Shown here: positions 38,743-48,339 of the stretch, in pieces
Numbering within the stretch: position 1 is the first letter of the stretch
Layout of the letters: each line of letters begins with the position of its first letter
Assembly (NCBI GenBank): GCA_964291655.2
Contig: OZ219802.1
Span: 1,760,001-1,824,000, forward strand
From: Chloroflexota bacterium
GTDB taxonomy: Bacteria; Chloroflexota; UBA11872; VXOZ01
Direction of reading: 5' to 3'
DNA length: 64,000 nt
Translations under genes and position numbers: made by a program
Notes under the pieces: generated by a model
What the model was told of the DNA's origin: nothing
The model's database searches: none
The model's input: the letters and a program-made list of their open reading frames with translations, nothing else

Positions 38743-39043
38743 CCCAGGGAGAGGGAGAATCACCTGTGCGTTACGAGAGTCTCCGCCGGAAGGGGCGAGC
38801 GCCGGCCCGCACTCGATCCGTGGAATTCCTTGAGGGAGGGGGCAATGTTCGCGCCACTGGCACGAGTTACCAAGGCATCACCCATGGGAGGAAAGCGCTT
38901 CAGCTTGGATTCGGCCGTTTGCGACTCAACCGGCGATTCCGGCCGCCCTCACAGCAACAAGGTGCAGGGGAAATAGGCCCAAGTCTCACTTCGCTCCGGC
39001 ACACGAGCTCGCGGCAGCTACCGCCGTCCACACAAGCGGTGTC

Positions 39044-39775
39044 TTAGGTACACTGCCAGGCCGGATCGATATTCACCACGCCGATAATCCAATTTTGCAT
39101 CACCCAGGCGTCGCCTTGGCGCGCAAACGTATAGCTCTGGCCGGGGTAGTTCACGACTTCGCGCGACGTTTGTTCATCATCGCTCGCCGTGCAGCTCAGC
39201 ACAGCGTCGTAAGTCCACACCTCTTGGGTTTCCACGACCACTTCGCTTTCGTCATCGGAAACGCTCTGCAGGGCGCAGGTACTCACCACAGGCACAATCG
39301 TCGTTATACGGACAACGCTATAGGTATCGGTGCTCTTTGCGAGCAGTGACTCGGCTGACGATTGGGCACGCGCGGCCATGGCGCCCCAAGTGGCGCTGAG
39401 TTGCGACGCATTGATCTCGCCCCGCATGAGGGCAGACTGGCTATTGTTTGCCGCGGCAATCGCGGCGCTGAGTTCAGTCGTGCAGGGATCGCCGGCAGCG
39501 AGAGCCGGCAGCGGCGTAACTTCCGCGACCGCCGTCGGCGCCGGCGGCGGGGTAGGAATAGGAACCGGCGTCGGAGTCGCCAGACTCGGGAGGGGGGTTA
39601 CTAAGGGCGTTGGCGTCGGTGGCACTTCTGTCGCCTGCGGCATTGGCGAGGCCTCCACCACTTCTTCGGTACCGGGATCAGTAAGCCGCAATGCCACGAC
39701 CGTGCCTGCAACGACAAGCAGGACAACCACCAGAATGATGAGCATTCGAACCACCCACGACCAACTCATATTCAC
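39044..39775 (-). CDS. membrane-anchored exported protein with Pro/Thr linker and NTF2-like C-terminal domain
   Basis: N-terminal TM, PTPTP linker, ETQEVWTY..YTFARQGDAWVM; AGGAG RBS. Confidence 0.6.
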   Translation of the reverse strand: MNMSWSWVVRMLIILVVVLLVVAGTVVALRLTDPGTEEVVEASPMPQATEVPPTPTPLVTPLPSLATPTPVPIPTPPPAPTAVAEVTPLPALAAGDPCTTELSAAIAAANNSQSALMRGEINASQLSATWGAMAARAQSSAESLLAKSTDTYSVVRITTIVPVVSTCALQSVSDDESEVVVETQEVWTYDAVLSCTASDDEQTSREVVNYPGQSYTFARQGDAWVMQNWIIGVVNIDPAWQCT

Positions 39776-39860
39776 ACTCCTATACGCTACTGCTTGGCTT
39801 TATACTACCCTTAATCCGCGCACAATGCACGTCAAGGACACCGACACTATGAGAGCAAGG

Positions 39861-39926
39861 TGCTATAATGAAGGTGTTTGCGGAAGTGGGCAAGGCCCAC
39901 TCGGAAGTGGGGATATCCCACTTTTC
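39861..39926 (+). promoter_or_regulatory. nusA operon extended -10 and twin-hairpin leader
   Basis: TGCTATAAT, then AGTGGGC-AAG-GCCCACT and AAGTGGG-GATAT-CCCACTT. Confidence 0.65.
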
Positions 39927-39983
39927 TTAATTTGCTGGCGGTTGCCTCAGGAGGTTGCCGGCAGGACTGGGAAGGTATCGCGC

Positions 39984-41165
39984 ATGAAGAGCGACTTTGT
40001 ATCTGCAATAGCGCAGATTGCCAGTGAAAAAGGCTTAGACCAAGAAGACGTCATCGGCGCGCTAGAGACTGCGATCCTTTCTGCATATCGGAAAGTTAGC
40101 GGCGACCCGGTGCCGAATGCCGTTGCGTACTTTGACGCGCAATCCGGCGAATCGAAGATTTATGTACCCAAGCTCGTCGTGGAAGACGTAGCGGACCCGG
40201 AAGCCGAGATCAGCCTCGCGGACGCGCAAACCATTGACTCTGAGGCGGAACTCGGCGACGAAATCGAGGTGGAGATTACGCCTCCGAACGTGGGCCGCAT
40301 TGCCGCGCAAGCAGCGCGGCAAGTACTGCTGCAGTCTTTGCGGGAGAAGGAACGAGACCACGTTTACGACGACTTCATCGACCGCGTGGGAGAAGTCGTG
40401 AGCGGACGGGTGCAGCGGGTTGACAGCCGTGGCGTGGTGCTGGACTTCGGCCGCGCGGAAGCGCTGATGTCATCCGCAGACATGGTACCTGGCGAGCGCG
40501 ATCGCTACCGCTTGGGCCAACGGCTACGCGCGTACATCGCGGAAGTGCGGAAAGACCTGAAGGGACCCGTGGTTCGCGTCTCACGCGCCCATAAGGACTT
40601 CATCCGACGCCTTATCGAACAGGAAGTCCCCGAAGTGCAGACGGGAACGGTGGAAATCAAGGAAGTTGCCCGGGATCCGGGCTCGCGCACCAAGGTCGCC
40701 GTGGCAGCGAAACAAGAGGGCCTGGACCCGGTGGGTTCCTGCGTCGGGATGCGAGGAACCCGCATTCAAAATGTGCTCCGGGAACTCGGCAATGAAAAAG
40801 TGGAGATTATCGAGTGGAGCGGGGATACTGCCACATTCATTAAGAATGCGCTTTCTCCGGCGGAGGTCCAACGGGTGGACCTCATCGAGGTTGACGAGCA
40901 GCAGGTAGCATCCGTGCTCGTTAACGCCGACATGGTCTCGTTGGCCATCGGCCGCGACGGCCAAAACACGCGACTCGCCAACCGCCTTACCGGATGGAAG
41001 ATTAACATTCGTTCACTGGAGGATGAGCAAGGCGCCGCTGATGCATCGCCCGAAATTTCGGCGGAAGCCTCAGCCGAGGCCGAAGCAGCGCCAGAGCAAG
41101 AAGCTCCAGATGAGCAGCCTGCGGCAGAGTCTTTGGCAGCAGAGGAGACCACAAACAGTGCCTAA
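39984..41165 (+). CDS. nusA: transcription termination factor NusA
   Basis: GRIAAQAARQV, S1 domain, ARDPGSRTKVAV, VGSCVGMRG, AIGRDGQNTRLA. Confidence 0.97.
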   Translation: MKSDFVSAIAQIASEKGLDQEDVIGALETAILSAYRKVSGDPVPNAVAYFDAQSGESKIYVPKLVVEDVADPEAEISLADAQTIDSEAELGDEIEVEITPPNVGRIAAQAARQVLLQSLREKERDHVYDDFIDRVGEVVSGRVQRVDSRGVVLDFGRAEALMSSADMVPGERDRYRLGQRLRAYIAEVRKDLKGPVVRVSRAHKDFIRRLIEQEVPEVQTGTVEIKEVARDPGSRTKVAVAAKQEGLDPVGSCVGMRGTRIQNVLRELGNEKVEIIEWSGDTATFIKNALSPAEVQRVDLIEVDEQQVASVLVNADMVSLAIGRDGQNTRLANRLTGWKINIRSLEDEQGAADASPEISAEASAEAEAAPEQEAPDEQPAAESLAAEETTNSA

Positions 41166-41283
41166 CCGGCGCTGCGGCAGAATATCGATTCCGACTCGCC
41201 CTGTGCTGCAACCACTGGCTGCTTTATAGCGGCGGGCCATCTGCCCGAATTCGCAAGGGAGAAGGGAGCCTCGGAGGGAGGGT

Positions 41284-41604
41284 GTGGTGAATTCAACGGC
41301 CACGCCACAGGAAAAGCACATACCGCAGCGCACGTGTCTGGGTTGCCGGGCGATAAAGCCAAAACAATCTTTGACCCGCATAGTGCGCACGGCAGAAGGG
41401 GGCGCGCTAGTCGATACCACGGGGAAGGCCCGTGGACGCGGCGCCTATTTGTGTCCCACTGCGGCTTGTGCAAAAAAGGCGCTCAGAGCGAATATCCTGA
41501 ATCGAGCGTTGAGAGTCACCATAGATAATGCGGCGCTTGCAGAATTGCGGGCTTCGGTCGAGCAGATATCCGAGACGGCCTGCACGTCCGCGCATGCGCC
41601 TTAA
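41284..41604 (+). CDS. ylxR: YlxR/DUF448 RNA-binding protein
   Basis: PQRTCLGC..GKARGRGAYLC; conserved position after nusA. Confidence 0.92.
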   Translation: MVNSTATPQEKHIPQRTCLGCRAIKPKQSLTRIVRTAEGGALVDTTGKARGRGAYLCPTAACAKKALRANILNRALRVTIDNAALAELRASVEQISETACTSAHAP

Positions 41605-41666
41605 TCCGGTCTTCCTCCCCAGGCCCACCGCAGCGGGAGAGTACTCCCCCAAGAGGAGGGGCAACT

Positions 41667-43562
41667 ATGAGAATGGGTTCTAGGTATGGCGGCGCGCGTC
41701 CACGTCGGCGTTCCTCCAGGCGTGGATCGTCGGACCAAAGAGATCGTAACGCAGTTGCGGCGCAAGGGGCTGTTGCCAGCCAGACGGCTCCGCCGCGGAA
41801 GATCAAGCTTCCACAAGACATTACCGTCGCCCAACTTGCGGAGCGCCTTGAAGTAAGCCCTACAGCCATTATCAAAGAGCTATTTACACGCGGTACCGCA
41901 GTTACCATTAACCAAACACTCGATTACGCCACCGCTTCGCTCGTGGTCGAGGCGCTGGGCCATAGCGTAGTGAAAGAGGAAGCCAAACCTGCGGCAACGA
42001 AACCAAAGGAAGACGTCGTTTTCGAAGTTGCCAAGCAGACGGGCACCACCACACGGCGACGGCGGCGCTTTGAAAAACGATCTCCGGTAATTACCGTGAT
42101 GGGACACGTCGACCACGGCAAGACCTCACTGCTGGACGCGCTGCGCGAGACCAATGTGGCTGAAGGCGAATACGGCGGCATTACCCAGCGTATCGGCGCC
42201 TATCAGGTGACAAACAACGGCGACACCATCACCTTCATCGACACGCCCGGCCACGAGGCGTTCACCGCTATGCGCGCTCGCGGCGCCAAGGTCACAGACC
42301 TGGCGGTCATTGTCGTTGCTGCCGACGACGGTGTGATGCCGCAAACCGTTGAAGCCATCAATCACGCGCGGGCGGCAAAGGTCCCGCTGCTCATTGCACT
42401 GAATAAAATCGACCTACCGAACGCCAATCCGGATCGTGTGAAGCAGCAGCTTACGGAACACGAAATCCTCATCGAGGAATATGGCGGCGAAACGGTGCTT
42501 GTAGAGGTCTCCGCCCAGACCAAGGAGGGCCTGGATGACCTCCTGGAGATGATCGCGCTGCTTTCCGATATCGAAGGCGTGCGCGCAGACCCCCGCATTC
42601 CGGCACGAGGCGTCGTGATCGAAAGCCATATGGACAAGAGTCGCGGCCCTGTTGCAACCGTGCTTGTGCAGGAGGGAACCCTCCACGTGGGCGAGACGGT
42701 GGTCTGTGGCAAGACGTCCGGCCGCGTGCGCGCGCTCTTCAATGACAAGGGCGCTCCCCTGGCCGAGGCGGGCCCCTCTGTGCCCGCGGAGATACTCGGT
42801 CTTGGCGCGCTGCCTGCTCCCGGTGAGACACTCATCGTCGTGGTCGACGAAAAGGCTGCGAAGGTTCTGCTCCAAGAACTCGCTGAGCGCGAACGTGATG
42901 AGACAGAGCGGATGTCTCTGGATACACTCAGCGCTACTGCCGGGGAGGGCGTGGAAGAGCTGGACATAATTGTCAAGGCTGATATTCGCGGCTCGGTAGA
43001 GGCGATTCAGCAAGCATTAGAGCACCTCTCCACTGAAGAGACCCGGGTACGCGTCATCTATAGCGGCGTCGGCCCCGTGAGCGAATCGGACGTGCAACTG
43101 GCTATTGCGGGAAACGCGTTGATCACCGCGTTCAACGTGCGCCCCGATACCGCCGCTCGTTCCCTGGCGGAAGCAGAGAAAGTGGAGATTCGCACGTACA
43201 ACGTCATCTATACCCTCATCGAGGAGATGGAAAAGGCCCTGCTGGGCTTGCTGGAGCCTGAATTCGTCGAGGTGATGGATGGGCAGGCGGAGGTGCGGGC
43301 GGTGTTCAACCAGGTGCGCGGTCAGAGCGTGCTCGGCGCCATCGTACGCGAAGGCACAATGCGGCGCGGCGCCCAGGTCCGCGTACTACGCAACAAGCGG
43401 CAACTGCTCAAGACGACCGTTACGAGCTTGCGCCGCTTCAAGGATGCCGTGCGCGAGGTGACTAGCGGCTATGAGTGCGGTATCGGCATTGGCGAAGTCT
43501 ATGAGGCCCGCGAAGGCGATACCCTGGAGACGTTTCATATCGAAGAAAAAGCACGCTTCTAG
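41667..43562 (+). CDS. infB: translation initiation factor IF-2
   Basis: [38 protein letters not shown]. Confidence 0.98.
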   Translation: MRMGSRYGGARPRRRSSRRGSSDQRDRNAVAAQGAVASQTAPPRKIKLPQDITVAQLAERLEVSPTAIIKELFTRGTAVTINQTLDYATASLVVEALGHSVVKEEAKPAATKPKEDVVFEVAKQTGTTTRRRRRFEKRSPVITVMGHVDHGKTSLLDALRETNVAEGEYGGITQRIGAYQVTNNGDTITFIDTPGHEAFTAMRARGAKVTDLAVIVVAADDGVMPQTVEAINHARAAKVPLLIALNKIDLPNANPDRVKQQLTEHEILIEEYGGETVLVEVSAQTKEGLDDLLEMIALLSDIEGVRADPRIPARGVVIESHMDKSRGPVATVLVQEGTLHVGETVVCGKTSGRVRALFNDKGAPLAEAGPSVPAEILGLGALPAPGETLIVVVDEKAAKVLLQELAERERDETERMSLDTLSATAGEGVEELDIIVKADIRGSVEAIQQALEHLSTEETRVRVIYSGVGPVSESDVQLAIAGNALITAFNVRPDTAARSLAEAEKVEIRTYNVIYTLIEEMEKALLGLLEPEFVEVMDGQAEVRAVFNQVRGQSVLGAIVREGTMRRGAQVRVLRNKRQLLKTTVTSLRRFKDAVREVTSGYECGIGIGEVYEAREGDTLETFHIEEKARF

Positions 43563-43933
43563 CGCAACCAGAAGCATGCTTGCGCCGCCTGCAGGTGGTG
43601 CAAGCTCAGAGCTGCGGGTCTTCGGGCCCGCAGTTTTACATTACTTGGAGGTACACGACCTGAAGACACGCGACGCCGGCCGTACGATCTCTGCCGCTGC
43701 GGTACCACGAGCGGCAGCAAACTTCAGCCGGGCGGTTGCGTTCAGAATGCAGAGTATCTCTTTAGAGAGGTGAGCTCTGCATCGCAGCGGTACAAGGCGC
43801 ACGCAAGACTCCCTTCCCTGGAGGCTTGTGCGTATCTTCGACCGGAGGTGCAATAGATACACCTTCCCCCTTGGGGGAGACCATTGGGTAACAAGAATCT
43901 GAGCGATATGTGTTTCTCCCTCTCCCCGGGGAG

Positions 43934-44221
43934 TGTATAGACCGGGGACATGGGTAACAGTTGTTCGGGCTCATAGGTAACACCATAGAACGAGGGGGTT
44001 TTCGTAGTATGCGATGTCCTTGCCTTGAAAGTTAGATCCACTCAATATCCTTATGCACACTGTTTGTTTCTCTGGCACAAGCTGACAGGCGGAAAGTGAG
44101 TGCACTGTGTCGCCAGTCTCTTATCAAACCCGGACCAACCCAATGCTCTCGTAGGTGTCAATCAGTAAAATGTGTTACCCATGTCCCCGAACAACTGTTA
44201 CCTATGTCCCCGGTCTGTACA
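43934..44221 (+). mobile_element. IS481-derived MITE (288 bp), TSD GGGAG
   Basis: TGTATAGACCGGGG...CCCCGGTCTGTACA; interior retains FVSLAQADRRKVSALCR, similar to the transposase N-terminus. Confidence 0.85.
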
Positions 44222-44350
44222 GGGAGAGGGTTGGGGTGAGGGGTTCTTGCCAATCCGGTTTCCTTATCCCGTGGAACTTATGCGTACCAGAGCAGTACTG
44301 ATGATGAATGAGACTAATTGCGGAGTTTCCCCTCACCCTAGCCCTCTCCC

Positions 44351-45615
44351 TGTACAGACCGGGGACATAGGTAACAGATGTTCGGGTAGATAGGTTACAC
44401 ATTTTGTGCTCTGAGGTCTATGGTTTTTACTCTTTGGATCGAGAAGTACACGTCCCAGACACCGTCCGTTCGGGTGGGTCGCAGGGCGACTTGCTTGTGC
44501 GTGAAGGCCCTGCCCACACGGAGCCGTCTGCCTTGGAAGGAGATGCGGCCGGAGACATCGACGCTGCGTACGCGGTCGTCGGGAGCGTAGGCGAGGGCAG
44601 GCAAGGTCTCTGGGAAAGGGCGAGGACTAGGCGTGTATCTGGTAATGGGAGTGTCGAGATCGAGGGCATGGTGTGGGCGTTCCAAGTTGTAGAAGTGGCG
44701 CCAGGTGTCAAAGGCGCGCTGGCAATGGTCCAGGTCGGTAAAGGTGGTCCCTGCCAGCAGTTCGCTCTTGAGGGAGCGGTGGAAGCGTTCCAGCTTGCCG
44801 AGTGTCTGGGGATGGTAGGGTCGGCTGTGCAGGACGTTGATGCCCAGCTGCATGAGCCAGACGGTGAGGGGCGTGAAGGGCTGGGCACTGTCGTTACCCC
44901 AGGGAGAGCCGTTGTCCATGAGCATGGCCTGGGGCAAGCCGTAGCGGCGAAAGACAGCGGTGAGGCGGTCTTGGACCGTCTCTCCCCGCTCGTTGGCACA
45001 GGCCTGTAACCCGAGGTTGAAGCGGGAGTGATCGTCTAGGAGGGTGAGAGGATGACAGCGGTTCTGCTGCATGACGAAATGTCCCTTGAAGTCCATCTGC
45101 CACAGCTCGTTGGGCTGGGGTCGTTCGAAGCGCACATGGGGCGTGTGCTTGGCGCTCTGGGCTGGATCGATGAGCCCATGGCGTTTGAGAATGGCATTGA
45201 TGGTGCTCTTGGCCGGCACGTCGGTGACCCCCTGGTCCTGCAGCATCCGGCGCAGCACGTGTGCGCCTTTCTTCGGATGCGCCAGGCGCAAGGCGATGAT
45301 GCGCTCCTCCAGCGCCGGGCGCGTGCGGTGCGGACACGTGTGCGGCCGCCGCGACCGGTCGTGCAAACCGTCTTCGCCAGCTTTCGCATACCGCTCCAGC
45401 GTCTTGTACGCCGTCTTGCGACTGATCTCCAGACGGCGACACAGCTCGCTGATGTTGGCCCCTTCCATCAGTGCCAGTGCAATGAACTCCTTGCGTTCAG
45501 ACACAACCGTACTCTCCTTCCAAGGCATGGCGCTCCTCCATCTGTAAGAATCTCCATGCCTTAAGGTGTAACCTATGTGCCCGAACATGTGTAACCCATG
45601 TACCCGGTCTATACA
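44351..45615 (-). mobile_element. IS481-family insertion sequence, copy 2 (1265 bp), TSD CTCCC
   Basis: TGT...ACA ends; removing it restores CCCTCACCCTAGCCCTCTCCCCAGGGAGAGGG. Confidence 0.95.
44395..45528 (-). CDS. IS481-family transposase
   Basis: MPWKE start after GGAGGAG; identical to copy 1 from TDVPAKS onward. Confidence 0.95.
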   Translation of the reverse strand: MPWKESTVVSERKEFIALALMEGANISELCRRLEISRKTAYKTLERYAKAGEDGLHDRSRRPHTCPHRTRPALEERIIALRLAHPKKGAHVLRRMLQDQGVTDVPAKSTINAILKRHGLIDPAQSAKHTPHVRFERPQPNELWQMDFKGHFVMQQNRCHPLTLLDDHSRFNLGLQACANERGETVQDRLTAVFRRYGLPQAMLMDNGSPWGNDSAQPFTPLTVWLMQLGINVLHSRPYHPQTLGKLERFHRSLKSELLAGTTFTDLDHCQRAFDTWRHFYNLERPHHALDLDTPITRYTPSPRPFPETLPALAYAPDDRVRSVDVSGRISFQGRRLRVGRAFTHKQVALRPTRTDGVWDVYFSIQRVKTIDLRAQNV

Positions 45616-45837
45616 CTCCCCAGGGAGAGGGGACTTTCCCGCCCCGGCAAGGGTTATGCAAAGGTCTCCACTGGGAGAAGGAGTAGCTCGTGCGCCTCCG
45701 GCCGGGTTCACGCAAAGGTCTCCAGTCGGAGAGGGGACATACTCGCTGCGGCTGGGTTTTCGCGAGAGTTTCCTCTGGGAGAGGGGACCATCTCAGATTG
45801 AGCAGGGCAATGGAAGAGTCTCGGAAGGAACCAGCAA

Positions 45838-46263
45838 ATGGACTTGCGAAAACTGGAGCGGTCTACTGCGCTATTGCGTGAGGAACTGACCGATATCCTG
45901 CGCTCGGAAGTGCGGGACCCCCGTCTCAACGTGGTTTCGATCTCGGCGGTGCGCCTCTCCCGCGATCGACGCTACGCCCGCGTGTACGTGAACCTCGCGG
46001 AATTGGAGCAGGAAGAGGAGCAGGCGATTCTTGCCGCGCTGCGCCGCGCTGCCGGTTTCGTGCGCCGCTGCCTGGCGCAACGGCTGACGTGGTATAAAGC
46101 GCCGGAGGTTTCGTTTCACCTCGACGAGGGCATGAAGCAAGGCGACCGCGTACTCGAGCTCTTTCGCGACCTGGAGACTGAGGAGCGCCCGGAGCCGGAC
46201 GCCGCGGAACCTGCGGCCCAGGAGACCGGCGCCGGAGACGCTGAAGATACTCCTCAGCGATAA
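45838..46263 (+). CDS. rbfA: ribosome-binding factor A
   Basis: EVRDPRL..VRLSRD..ARVYV..AAGFVR..PEVSFHLD. Confidence 0.93.
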   Translation: MDLRKLERSTALLREELTDILRSEVRDPRLNVVSISAVRLSRDRRYARVYVNLAELEQEEEQAILAALRRAAGFVRRCLAQRLTWYKAPEVSFHLDEGMKQGDRVLELFRDLETEERPEPDAAEPAAQETGAGDAEDTPQR

Positions 46264-46370
46264 TGGACTCAAGCACGACAACGCCGCCTGCTATGGGGGA
46301 CTCTTCCCCCGCACAGGCCGGCAGGCGAGGAGACATCCACTCTTTGGGGAGACCCTCGTATCGGGGCACA

Positions 46371-46557
46371 AGTCTTGCTCTTCGCTAAGCCATGAGCAAG
46401 CCTTGCATAATGTTGGCCAAGTTTGCAGGTATTGCTCCCTCTCCCTGGGGAGAGATATAAGGGTCGGACCGGGGGCGCTGGTCTTGCTCTTCGCCATACC
46501 CAGAGCAAGCCTTGCTTAACACCGGTCAATTGTGCAGGAATTGCTCCCTCTCCTTGG
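46371..46557. repeat. imperfect ~110-bp tandem duplication containing a REP
   Basis: GTCTTGCTCTTCGC..GAGCAAGCCTTGC..GCAGG.ATTGCTCCCTCTCC occurs twice; IS1182 sits in the second copy. Confidence 0.65.
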
Positions 46558-48115
46558 GAGGCTGTCTCAATATTTTGGTGCGGGGCACGGTGAATGGGGT
46601 GAGAAGGACAGACAGATGGCGGGTGGTATGAACAAGACGGTGCCAGTGAGAGACTCGTCCCCGGGGCGACGCTGGACTACACCCAGACCGCCACAGGGCG
46701 TGGAGGCTCTTGAGATTGAACGCGGTGGCCAGCAGGTGCCATTCGGACGTCACGTGGCTGCGGCCTCTGAGCAGGAAGCGCCTGGCACTGTGCCACTCCT
46801 TGAGCAGGCCAAAGACCGGCTCGACGATGGTACTCCGGCGGCGGTACACCTGCTTGGCAGGCGCGGTGGCCATCAACTGCCTGTGCCGTTGCAGTATTGG
46901 CTCGTAGGCGCTGATCTTTATGGAGCGGCCCCTCTGGGAGGAGGTGCAGACGCCGAAGGCCGGACAGGTTCTGCAGTCCCGGCCGTTGGCTTGGTACCGC
47001 TTGACCCGGTAGCCGTTGCTGTGGGTCAAGCGGTGCGTGTAGGTGAGCACCTTTTGCTGGGGACACAGGTAGGTGTCGGTCTCTGGACGGTAGGTGAAGT
47101 GGTCTTTATGGTAGGGGTTGCGGCGTCTGCGCTCGTGGGTCGTGGGCATCAATACCGTGTGGCCGCCGGCGTGGCACGTGGCGAGGTTGGCCCCCGAATG
47201 GTAGCCGGCGTCCGCAACGGTCACCACGTCCCGCGCGGCGTCGATGTTCTCCTGCGCCGCCTCGATCAGCGGCGCCAGGTGGGGATGGTCGTCGGCACTG
47301 GCGCTCACGTCCACGGCTGTGATCAACCTCCCCCCTGCGCCCTCGTCCGGGGACGCAAGAGGGGAGACCAGCGCCTGGGCGTTGTAGCCGGTGATGAAGC
47401 CACCCATGCCAGTCTTGAGCAGGGCCGCGTCCGCATCAGTCAGGTTCGTGTAGCGCGGCCCGTCCTCAGCCGCGACGCGGGCGAGCGCGTCGTCCACCCG
47501 CCGCCGCAGGGCCTGGGCATCGGCAAGTTCCTGCGGCAAAGTCGCTGGCGGCGCGTCGCCCCCCGTGGCGTTCTGCGCCTCCAGGTCCGCGATCGCTTGC
47601 TCGGTGCGGGACAACAGCCGCTGCAGCCCCTGCGCGTCGTGGGTATGCCGCGTCCCGGCGTTGGCCGCGATCCTGGTGCCGTCCACCGCCTGGATTGCCA
47701 ACTCCACCAGGCCGGCTCGCACCGCCGTGCGCACCGTGCGCTTGAGCAGCGTCCGCATCCGGTCGCGGTGCGCCTTGTAGAAGCGCCACAGCGTGTTGTG
47801 GTCCGGCTGCTGCATCCCCACCAGCCACAGGTACGGTACCTGATCCCGGCAGGCTGCCTCCAGCTTGCGGCTCGAGCGCACGCCGGTCATGAAGCCGTAG
47901 ACCCATACGCCCAGCAGCGCGCGCGGATGGTAGGCCCCGGCGCCACGCGGATCGCCTTGCAGGTCAATCTCCATCGCCTCCCAGGCCGCAGCATCGAGGC
48001 TGTCCACGAACGCTGCCGCAAACCTGACAGGATGGTCGTCCGGGATCAGTTCGTCCAGCGTCGGCGGCAACAGCCAGGCCTGTTCACGACTAAACGGTCT
48101 CAACGGCATCGTCAC
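46526..48115 (-). CDS. IS1182-family transposase
   Basis: LLPPTLDELIPDDHP, SSRKLE, PDHNT, AVDGTRI, TDADA, ADAGY, YRRRSTIVEPVFG; ORF reads through the element end. Confidence 0.93.
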   Translation of the reverse strand: MTMPLRPFSREQAWLLPPTLDELIPDDHPVRFAAAFVDSLDAAAWEAMEIDLQGDPRGAGAYHPRALLGVWVYGFMTGVRSSRKLEAACRDQVPYLWLVGMQQPDHNTLWRFYKAHRDRMRTLLKRTVRTAVRAGLVELAIQAVDGTRIAANAGTRHTHDAQGLQRLLSRTEQAIADLEAQNATGGDAPPATLPQELADAQALRRRVDDALARVAAEDGPRYTNLTDADAALLKTGMGGFITGYNAQALVSPLASPDEGAGGRLITAVDVSASADDHPHLAPLIEAAQENIDAARDVVTVADAGYHSGANLATCHAGGHTVLMPTTHERRRRNPYHKDHFTYRPETDTYLCPQQKVLTYTHRLTHSNGYRVKRYQANGRDCRTCPAFGVCTSSQRGRSIKISAYEPILQRHRQLMATAPAKQVYRRRSTIVEPVFGLLKEWHSARRFLLRGRSHVTSEWHLLATAFNLKSLHALWRSGCSPASPRGRVSHWHRLVHTTRHLSVLLTPFTVPRTKILRQPPKEREQFLHN

Positions 48116-48201
48116 TACCTCTCTACAAACTATCCCACCACCTCACCTTGCTTCTCTTCACACCAGTATATATCCAGTAGATCTATTTTTGAGACACCCT
48201 C
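46558..48201 (-). mobile_element. IS1182-family insertion sequence, TSD TTGG
   Basis: IRs GAGGCTGTCTCAA / TTGAGACACCCTC; TTGG on both flanks is the REP hairpin loop. Confidence 0.9.
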
Positions 48202-48339
48202 TTGGGGAGAGGGTCGGGGTGAGGGGAAGTCTTCACCAATCTAGCCCACGTCTGCATTCGCGACGAAGCCTGCGTCTGCGACGAAGTCGAGGTCTGCGGC
48301 GATGTCGGCGTGCTTGTCAGAATCTCCTAGAGATTTCCA

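Noticed and set aside
39330-39983. Long N-terminal extensions in the ORF track (nusA; also 16495, 11462, 36599, 45711)
   Set aside because: They overlap other genes, promoters or REP DNA; family similarity starts at the downstream codons used here
35228-44350. Inversion or composite transposon between the two inverted IS481 copies
   Set aside because: Copy 2 retains its matching TSD and infB-rbfA keep their ancestral order and orientation
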